From contig CAXHAT010000215.1 of NCBI GenBank assembly GCA_964014485.1, positions 1-12,274 of the forward strand: a stretch of 12,274 bases of DNA, written 5' to 3'. The DNA comes from an uncultured Deferribacteres bacterium. Lineage in GTDB: Bacteria; Zhuqueibacterota; Zhuqueibacteria; Zhuqueibacterales; Geothermadaptataceae. Below the pieces are notes generated by a model that was not told the DNA's origin, did not search any database, and worked only from the letters and a program-made list of their open reading frames with translations. Below, one piece after another: positions 1-6,093 of the stretch. The translations under genes and the position numbers were made by a program. How positions within the stretch are numbered: the stretch's first letter is position 1; each line of letters begins with the position of its first letter.

Positions 1-684
1 CACCATCGCCGTGTTGGCGAAAGCGCAAGCGGTGTCGCCCGAGGGAACGATTTTGTGTTCCTCCGCGATGCCAACGATCTCCCGCCATAGATGACGGCTG
101 TCGCGCGGGGCGAGAATACCCAACGCCAGCAGCAGCCCCGCGACGTCGGCTTCCATTAGCGCGGCGTCGCTCACTTCCTTGCCTCCAATCGATTCAATGG
201 CAAGCAAATCGGCCCCGGCGGCGGCGTTGCGGCGAAAGGCTTCGATTACCGTTGCGGCGGCGTTTCCCGAGCGCAAACGCGGTGGCCGCTGCTTTTCGCG
301 AATGTCACAAATCGTCACGCGGAGAGCCGTGCGCAGCCCGTGTTCTTCATGCGCCGCACGCAGCTTTTTTTTGATAGCAGCGGTGATCTCCGCGCCGATT
401 TCGAGCTCTTCCGTCATCTGCGGCGCGTGTTCGAATTCGATCATTGCGCCGTTGTTGCCAAGTTCGAGCAGGCGGCCGATGACGCCGTCGATGATTTCTT
501 CATACTGGCGGACGATGGCGTCGAGGTTGGCTTTTTCGACCTTCATCGGCGGCAGGGTGAAGTTGATTTCCGGGAAAACTTCGCCAGCGCCGACGTGCAG
601 ATCGAAACCGCAGCGCACCGGATGCGCGGCGTGTCCAAAAGTCAGCGCATCGGGCGAATCGCAGGTGAGAGCGGTGAAACGCAT
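1..684 (-). CDS. mtaB: Methanol:corrinoid methyltransferase MtaB family, N-terminal 228 codons (continues past window start)
   Basis: Manual translation from the ATG at 684-682, which overlaps the upstream TGA (TGATG). Open to position 1: MRFTALTCDSPDALTFGHAAHPVRCGFDLHVGAGEVFPEINFTLPPM...IEFEHAPQMT...GLRTALRVTICDIRE...GADLLAIESIGGKEV...GDTACAFANTAMV. These match MtaB signature segments (PEIN, E-x-E-H, DIRE, GADLL-x-x-ES-x-GGKEV, GDT-x-CA-x-ANTAM), including the Zn-ligand Glu and first Cys. Not in the ORF track because there is no stop codon in the window. Confidence 0.93.
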   Translation of the reverse strand, partial: MRFTALTCDSPDALTFGHAAHPVRCGFDLHVGAGEVFPEINFTLPPMKVEKANLDAIVRQYEEIIDGVIGRLLELGNNGAMIEFEHAPQMTEELEIGAEITAAIKKKLRAAHEEHGLRTALRVTICDIREKQRPPRLRSGNAAATVIEAFRRNAAAGADLLAIESIGGKEVSDAALMEADVAGLLLALGILAPRDSRHLWREIVGIAEEHKIVPSGDTACAFANTAMV

Positions 685-1322
685 CACGCGGCCTCCAATA
701 GTTTTTTGGCGAGATCGACGGCGAAGGACGCATTGCGCGCAAAACCGTCCGCCCCGATTTCGTCGGCATAGTTCTGGGTGATCGGCGCGCCGCCAATCAT
801 GATTTTAACCTGATCGCGGCTACCGTCGCTGGCAAAAGCTTCGATAGTGTCTTGCATCGCGGGCATGGTCGTTGTGAGCAGCGCCGACAGTCCGACAAGT
901 TCAGCGCCGGATTCCTTGACCAGCGCAACGAACTTATCCGGCGGCACGTCAACCCCGGCGTCGATGACTTCGAAGCCGCCGCCGCGCAGCATGATCGACA
1001 CAAGGTTTTTGCCGATGTCATGGATGTCGCCCTTGACCGTCCCCATCACCACTTTCGCCACGGGCTTGAACTCGGAAGCGACGAGCAGCGGCTTCAACAG
1101 ATCAAGCCCCGCGTTCAGGGAGCGCGCCGCCATCAGCATTTCGGGAATAAAAAATTCGCCTTCCTGAAATTTTTTCCCGACGACCGTCATGCCTGGAATC
1201 AAGCCTTCGTCCATCACTTCTTTGGCGCTGCGCCCTTCGTCGAGTTGCTGTTGGACGAGGGCCGGTACTTTCGCTTTGCGGCCATAAATTACCGCGTTGT
1301 GCAATTCGTCGTAACGGGCCAT
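684..1322 (-). CDS. mtaC: Methyltransferase cognate corrinoid (B12-binding) protein, MtaC-like, 212 aa
   Basis: B12 cap helices (GLIPGMTVVGKKF...FFIPEMLMAA), DxHxxG motif GDIHDIGKNLV, SALLTTT and GGAP. AAGGGAG RBS upstream. The stop overlaps the mtaB start, which supports the mtaC name. Confidence 0.93.
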   Translation of the reverse strand: MARYDELHNAVIYGRKAKVPALVQQQLDEGRSAKEVMDEGLIPGMTVVGKKFQEGEFFIPEMLMAARSLNAGLDLLKPLLVASEFKPVAKVVMGTVKGDIHDIGKNLVSIMLRGGGFEVIDAGVDVPPDKFVALVKESGAELVGLSALLTTTMPAMQDTIEAFASDGSRDQVKIMIGGAPITQNYADEIGADGFARNASFAVDLAKKLLEAA

Positions 1323-1359
1323 TGAAATTCTCCCTTATTTGGGTGAGTGGTGATGTGAA

Positions 1360-1998
1360 TTAATTTTGTGAAGCTTCATCATGCAATAAACCGAACAGGC
1401 CGGAAAGCGATTTCTGCGGGCGCATGAAGCACGCTTTTGTGAGCCGGACGTCCACCGCCTGAGGCTGTAACGCCGCAAACAGCCGTCGCTGATCCGATAA
1501 AGGCCATCCTGGATAACCCGGCGACAATCGCGGCGTCAAACGACAACCGCTCTCCTTTACCGCCATTCGCAATTCCTGTTGCAAAACTTCGAGCACGCCC
1601 TGCGCCATCGCTGAAGCAATGGCGTCGCGAAGAAACGCAGTTTCGGGACTTGCCGCTCCCGCGGTTGGCGCATCACCGGCGCTGAGCAGAAAAAGCGCCG
1701 CCGACTCTGCCCGACGCAGTCTGCGCAATACCGCGGCGCCGTGGAAAATAATCCCGTCCTGCAAAATAATCTCTTTTGCCGCCGATCGCATTTGCTCGAC
1801 AGCGCAGATGCGGTACTGATAGCGCGGGGCAAACAGCGGCAGACAGACGGCGTGTTCCTGCCGCAGCAACACCTGCATAGCCGGACGCTGCGGCGAAGTC
1901 GGGCGCAGGTGCAAAAACTTTTCAGCTTGCGCCATCGAAAACGGCACGGCTTCCGGCGCCAGCAGTCGGGTTTGAAGCGTTTGCGTTATCGCCGTCAT
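1360..1998 (-). CDS. Stand-alone vitamin B12-dependent methionine synthase activation (AdoMet-binding) domain protein, about 212 aa
   Basis: C-terminal RLSPGYPGWPLSDQRRLF...LTKACFMRPQKSLSGLFG is the R-x-SPGY...M-x-P-x-KS-x-S signature of the MetH reactivation domain. Start reassigned from 2133 to the ATG at 1998, which has an ATGA overlap with the upstream stop at 1995-1997 and a GGAGG RBS. Confidence 0.8.
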   Translation of the reverse strand: MTAITQTLQTRLLAPEAVPFSMAQAEKFLHLRPTSPQRPAMQVLLRQEHAVCLPLFAPRYQYRICAVEQMRSAAKEIILQDGIIFHGAAVLRRLRRAESAALFLLSAGDAPTAGAASPETAFLRDAIASAMAQGVLEVLQQELRMAVKESGCRLTPRLSPGYPGWPLSDQRRLFAALQPQAVDVRLTKACFMRPQKSLSGLFGLLHDEASQN

Positions 1999-3836
1999 GC
2001 GCCGCCTCCATTGTCTGTGCTCAGTGCGATGGCTTCGACAAAAGCGTTTTCGAAATCCGGCCTTCCGGAAATTTCCACGTATTCGATGCGCCCGGCGATT
2101 TCCGCCGCGCGCTTCTGCGTCTCGACCGAGCACAGGGCCGCGGTCGCTCCGGCAAGCGCGGCGTTGCCGACAAATTGGATGCGTTCCGGCGGCAGCTTTG
2201 GCAGCAGACCGAGATCGATCACGTCCTGGCTGCGGATGTGGTTGCCAAAGGCGCCGGCGATGTATACGCGCTCGATATCCGCGGCTTCGATTGCCAACTC
2301 ACGCATGAGAACGCGCACGCCGGCGGCAATCGCCGCTTTGGCCAACTGTATTTCGCGTACGTCTGCCTGCGTGAGAATAATGGCGGCGCCGTCTTCGGTC
2401 TCGGCAATGCGCAGGCGTGCGCCGCCGTCGCCGGGTTCGACGAAACGCTGGTAAGCTCGCGGCGCTTTTTCCGGCGGCAAAATACGTCCTGAAGCGTTGA
2501 TCACGCCCGCACGTCGGAAGGCGGCGACGAGGTCGATCAAGCCGGAACCGCAGACGCCGATGGGGGGCGCGTCCGCAATCGTGCGCAGTTGCAAGTCGCC
2601 GTCGACGATCTCAGCACGCTCGATGGCCCCGGGTGCGGCGCGCATGCCCCAGCGCATACAAGCGCCTTCCCAGGCTGGCCCGGCCGGTGACGAGGCGCAC
2701 AACAAGCGCTTGCGGTTTCCAAGCACAATTTCGCCGTTGGTGCCCATGTCCACGGCCAACCGAACGCCCTCCGAAACGTCGAGATCGAGCACGCTGAGCC
2801 CGGCGGTGACGTCGCTGCCGACGAAGGTGCCGAGATTCGGCAGAACTGTAACGAGCGCAGCCGGATGGGCGGCCAGACCAAGCTCCGCCGCAGCGCAATT
2901 CACTGGCCCTTGCAACAGTGGCGCAAAAGGTTTTACGCCGAGTGTGGCCGGATTAATGTTCAGGAAAAGATGCTGCATGACGGTGTTACCGGCGACCATC
3001 ACGCGGTAAATGTGCTGTGGAGAAATGCCAGACTGTTCGGATAGTTTTTGCAGCAGCGCGTTGATCTGCTGGATGACGGCGCGGTGCAGGACTTTTGTGC
3101 CGGAGGGCTTTTGCGTACAAAAATTCACCCGACTCAGGACGTCGGCGCCGTGGGCGGCTTGGGCGTTGAGCACTGACGCCGCCGCCACGACTTGCCCCTG
3201 CGCCAAATCGACAAGCCGAACTGCAACGCTGGTGGTGCCGACATCCGCCGCCAGACCATAAACTGCCGGAGTTTGTTCGGCAGAAAAGAGCCCCAGCACT
3301 GTGTCGCCGTGGGTAATCGCCCATAATTTTAATTCACGATCCTGCGGGAGTTTTGCCAGCTCGCGCAGCGCGGGCAGGCTGACCTTGGTGATCGGCAGGC
3401 CAAGCTCGGTCAGCGCTCTGCACAACATGCCGTCGCGAAAAGCTTTCTCGCCTGGACTCGGCGGGCGCAGGCGCACTTTCGTCGTTGTGATATCGAATTG
3501 TCGTTTCGCTTTGTCATCCGGCCAAGCCAGGCCGTCGTGGAAGGCGGGGAGGGAGGTTGGCGGCACGGTGCAAAGCGTGCCTGTGTCGATGGCGGCGCGG
3601 CAGGCGAGACGCACGCCTTTGGCAAGCTCGCGCGGCGTCAAAAGCTGCCTTTCAATATCAGTGACCGGGCCGCCGCCTTGCTTCACCTCAACCCGGCATT
3701 TGCCGCAAGTTCCGACGCCGGCGCAGGCGGATTCGATGAGAATGCCCAGTTCCAACGCCGCCTCGTGCAACGTCGTACCCGCCGGAAACACAGCGGCCCG
3801 GTTCTGAGGCAGAAAACGGATGCGGACATTCGACAT
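1995..3836 (-). CDS. ATP-dependent reductive activator of corrinoid proteins (RACE/RACo, DUF4445 ASKHA domain) with N-terminal 2Fe-2S ferredoxin, 613 aa
   Basis: C-x5-C-x2-C (CAGVGTCGKC)...RLAC ferredoxin motif. ASKHA motifs DVGTTS and DMGTNGE. Family motifs GNTVM, GVCGSG, LTQADVREIQLAKAAI, AGAFG and GNAALAGA. Sits in the same operon as the corrinoid protein. Confidence 0.93.
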   Translation of the reverse strand: MSNVRIRFLPQNRAAVFPAGTTLHEAALELGILIESACAGVGTCGKCRVEVKQGGGPVTDIERQLLTPRELAKGVRLACRAAIDTGTLCTVPPTSLPAFHDGLAWPDDKAKRQFDITTTKVRLRPPSPGEKAFRDGMLCRALTELGLPITKVSLPALRELAKLPQDRELKLWAITHGDTVLGLFSAEQTPAVYGLAADVGTTSVAVRLVDLAQGQVVAAASVLNAQAAHGADVLSRVNFCTQKPSGTKVLHRAVIQQINALLQKLSEQSGISPQHIYRVMVAGNTVMQHLFLNINPATLGVKPFAPLLQGPVNCAAAELGLAAHPAALVTVLPNLGTFVGSDVTAGLSVLDLDVSEGVRLAVDMGTNGEIVLGNRKRLLCASSPAGPAWEGACMRWGMRAAPGAIERAEIVDGDLQLRTIADAPPIGVCGSGLIDLVAAFRRAGVINASGRILPPEKAPRAYQRFVEPGDGGARLRIAETEDGAAIILTQADVREIQLAKAAIAAGVRVLMRELAIEAADIERVYIAGAFGNHIRSQDVIDLGLLPKLPPERIQFVGNAALAGATAALCSVETQKRAAEIAGRIEYVEISGRPDFENAFVEAIALSTDNGGGA

Positions 3837-3906
3837 AGGGCGTACCGACTACTAACTTGTGAGACGGATCGCAAAAAACACGGTCAGAGTGCAAGCGTCG
3901 CCATGC

Positions 3907-3950
3907 TTGTTGCCAGCAACAATGACTCGTGTGCGCGCACAAATTTGTGC
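3907..3950. promoter_or_regulatory. Cluster of three palindromes, candidate operator region of the corrinoid operon
   Basis: TTGTTGC-ca-GCAACAA (3907-3922), TGTGCGCGCACA (3930-3941) and GCACAAATTTGTGC (3937-3950) lie about 70-115 bp upstream of the 3836 start codon. The regulatory role is inferred. Confidence 0.4.
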
Positions 3951-4273
3951 ATCCTTTGAATTCGAAAATACAGCAATGCGAGCAAAAAGTCACGTTTGTT
4001 CTCACGGAAAAGAAGCGCTCTCAAACCCCCAGGTTTCCGAATCCATCGACAATGATCCGTTTTGAACTGCCGCCGGCCGGACAGGGTGCGCTGAAATTTT
4101 ATATACCGGGGGGCAAGCGGAGAACCCTGTCGAACTGCCAGATGATTTTGGCCGTTTTTCCCTGGATTGTCAAAGATTTTTTGCAAATGTTGCTCGCCTT
4201 TTGAAATTAGACGGTGAAACGTCTCTGTAAAACGAGGAGCACGCGTATACTTACTTCCGTCGTTTCTTACAAG

Positions 4274-4558
4274 CTGATGTTACGCGGCGGGCCAATGATG
4301 CGGCATTTGACTAAAATTTTTGTTCTACGCATCATTCCGTAGAGGCGTATTACCGTCGACCTAATCTCGAGACGCCCGGAATTCTCGCTCCCAATCTCTG
4401 GATTGGGAGCATAGCTACATTCGAAACTCCAGTTTCAAGGAATTCCTTGTCTCGAAACTGGAGTTTCTCACCCATTTTCATTCCCAAATCGGAGTTTGGG
4501 AACGAGTCGCAATGAGGCGTTTGAGCTTCGGGAAATATTTTGCTGCGCGTAACATCAG
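4274..4558. mobile_element. MITE family A, copy 1 (285 bp, non-autonomous)
   Basis: Perfect 13-bp TIR CTGATGTTACGCG (4274-4286) / CGCGTAACATCAG (4546-4558), flanked by an exact 7-bp direct repeat TTACAAG (4267-4273 and 4559-4565). No coding capacity. Confidence 0.9.
4384..4506. repeat. REP/REPIN-like nested palindrome doublet inside MITE A1
   Basis: Outer ends CTCGCTCCCA / TGGGAACGAG (1 mismatch). Hairpin GCTCCCAATC-tctg-GATTGGGAGC (4387-4410). Inverted pair GAAACTCCAGTTTC (4423-4436) / GAAACTGGAGTTTC (4454-4467). Central palindrome CAAGGAATTCCTTG (4436-4449). Hairpin TTCCCAAA..TTTGGGAA (4481-4502). Confidence 0.8.
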
Positions 4559-4604
4559 TTACAAGCTTAAAACTGAATTTTTAAATCCATTGGAATGAAA
4601 AAAC

Positions 4605-5696
4605 ATGAGCAAAATCGCTGTTATTGGCGCGGGCAACGCCGGTTCCACCGTAGCCGCGCACCTGAAGCTTTTGGGCAAGGACGTCAGTTTGTACGACGTA
4701 GCCGAAAATCAACTAATCCCGATTCTTGAGAGCGGCAACACCGTCCATCTCTCCGGCGCACTTGACGTCTCCGGGGAAGCGAGGATTGACCTCGTCACCA
4801 TGAATATCTCCGAAGCCGTTGAAGGTGCGGAACTGATTATCTGCACCACGCCCGCGCATGTGCATAAATTTGTCGCCAAAGACCTGGCGCCCCACCTTGT
4901 CTCCGGGCAATTCTTGTTGCTCAATCCCGGGCGCACCGGCGGCGTTCTCGAAGTGCGAAAAGTTCTCGAAGAGCAAGGCTGTCGTGCCGACGTTACGGTC
5001 GTTGAAGCGCAAACGATCCTCTACGCGTGCCGAAAAGACGGCGCAAATATCAATGTTTTTGGCGTGAAAGAGGAGGTGGCCTGCGCCGGTTTGCCCGGAA
5101 AAAACATGCCGCGCTTTTTTGAAATCATCCAGTCCGTTTTTCCGCAATTCCAGCCCGCGAAAGGCGGCGTTTGGGACACGTCGTTGAACAACATTGGCAT
5201 GCTCTTTCACCCTGCTCCGACGCTGCTTAATCTTGGGCGCATGGAGTCGGGCCAGCCATTTGACTACTACATCGACGGATTCAGTCCGTCGGTTGCGGAC
5301 ACGGTCGAAAAGCTTGACGCGGACAGACTAAAAGTCGCCCAGGCCATGGGAGTGACGCCGCCGACCACGGTTGAATGGCTAAAAAATAATTATCATACAA
5401 CCGGCGAGAACCTCTACGAAGCATTGCAAAACAACGAAGCTTATCGCGGCATAAAAGCGCCGATGTTGTCCGGCGTCGAAGCGAAAATGGGGCTGCGGTA
5501 CGTGATTGAAGACGTGCCCAGCGGCCTCGTGCCGGTCTCGGAGCTTGGGAAGAAATTTGGCGTAGAAACCCCGGCCATCGACGCCGTCATAGCTCTTGCG
5601 GACGTTATGTTCAACGCCGATTTTCGCGCGACAGGGCGGAATCTTCAGCGCCTTGGCCTGGAGGGCATGACCGTCGAAGAGATACGAAATTTGTAA
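4605..5696 (+). CDS. NAD/NADP-dependent opine (octopine/nopaline) dehydrogenase family protein, 363 aa
   Basis: N-terminal Rossmann IAVIGAGNAG; PGRTGG; EAQTILYACR; SLNNIGMLFHPAPTLLN; D-x-DR; RYVIEDVPSGLVP; GVETP. These are typical of the Octopine_DH family. Confidence 0.9.
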   Translation: MSKIAVIGAGNAGSTVAAHLKLLGKDVSLYDVAENQLIPILESGNTVHLSGALDVSGEARIDLVTMNISEAVEGAELIICTTPAHVHKFVAKDLAPHLVSGQFLLLNPGRTGGVLEVRKVLEEQGCRADVTVVEAQTILYACRKDGANINVFGVKEEVACAGLPGKNMPRFFEIIQSVFPQFQPAKGGVWDTSLNNIGMLFHPAPTLLNLGRMESGQPFDYYIDGFSPSVADTVEKLDADRLKVAQAMGVTPPTTVEWLKNNYHTTGENLYEALQNNEAYRGIKAPMLSGVEAKMGLRYVIEDVPSGLVPVSELGKKFGVETPAIDAVIALADVMFNADFRATGRNLQRLGLEGMTVEEIRNL

Positions 5697-5716
5697 GCCC
5701 CAAGAGCCGCAAACTG

Positions 5717-5754
5717 TGGATTCCCGCCTGAGTTTATCCTCGCGCAGGCGAGGA
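5717..5754. repeat. Degenerate REP-like sequence and hairpin downstream of the opine dehydrogenase gene
   Basis: TGGATTCCCGCCTG is identical to the REP arm at 11463-11476. It is followed by the hairpin TCCTCGC-gcag-GCGAGGA (5737-5754). Confidence 0.55.
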
Positions 5755-5778
5755 CAAGAAAGGCCGAAAAGGCGCTGC

Positions 5779-5814
5779 TTAACTCTGACAGGGTTCGAAC
5801 CCTGTCAGAGTTAA
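5779..5814. repeat. Perfect 36-bp palindrome (REP-like, possible terminator or mRNA stabiliser)
   Basis: TTAACTCTGACAGGGTTC|GAACCCTGTCAGAGTTAA is an exact reverse-complement palindrome 83 bp after the stop at 5696. There is no clear poly-T tail on the + strand. Confidence 0.8.
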
Positions 5815-5827
5815 AGGTCACTCAAAA

Positions 5828-5842
5828 GCCGCTTAACATCAG
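5828..5842. mobile_element. Orphan degenerate right TIR of MITE family A
   Basis: GCCGCTTAACATCAG matches the reverse complement of the A1 left end (4274-4288) at 14/15 positions. No nearby left TIR or TSD was found. Confidence 0.5.
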
Positions 5843-6093
5843 CAACTAATGCGCGTTGCTTGACAAAATCGAGCACGCTCATCAATTTTCCAATAAACGA
5901 GATTGAAAATTCCAATGCTAAATGTTCGCCTTCGAACAGCGCTTGTCTCGTTAATGTATATTTCATCTTGAGAAAAAAATCTTGTCGGGGGATTCTCTGC
6001 TCAACGCAAGGCTGGTGCGCTTTTTGAAATTATCTTCTGGTCATATTTCCGAAAAATTCTGATTTCAATCAAATTGTTGAGGCAGGTGAAATC

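Noticed and set aside
179..781. Plus-strand ORFs 179-781 and 340-771, and similar antisense or alternate-frame ORFs throughout the window
   Set aside because: They are shadows of well-supported genes (here mtaB and mtaC on the minus strand) and have no recognisable motifs.
1999..2133. Longer start (2133) for the activation-domain ORF
   Set aside because: It would overlap the RACE gene by 139 bp. The ATG at 1998 has a GGAGG RBS and ATGA coupling.
3890..3915. Sigma-54 promoter on the minus strand (TGGC...TTGCA)
   Set aside because: The spacing is GG-N8-GC rather than the required GG-N10-GC.
3884..4204. Small ORFs 3884-4186 (-) and 3929-4204 (+)
   Set aside because: No motifs, non-ATG starts and no convincing RBS. 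They lie in the probable regulatory region.
3837..4266. Cobalamin riboswitch upstream of the B12 operon
   Set aside because: I could not find the conserved AGGGAA / CCCGCAACTGT / GCCACTG elements on the minus strand. An Infernal scan would be definitive.
4710..4716. CAACTAA inside the ODH gene matching the 7 bp after the orphan TIR (5843-5849)
   Set aside because: It is not followed by a TIR and lies in intact coding sequence, so it is probably chance.
4605..5696. Metallophore (staphylopine/pseudopaline-type CntM) assignment for the opine dehydrogenase
   Set aside because: No adjacent nicotianamine-synthase-like or exporter genes, so only the family-level call is supported.
5860..5890. Perfect TTGACA -35 box upstream of the permease
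   Set aside because: No convincing -10 hexamer at 16-18 bp spacing, so it is not called as a promoter.
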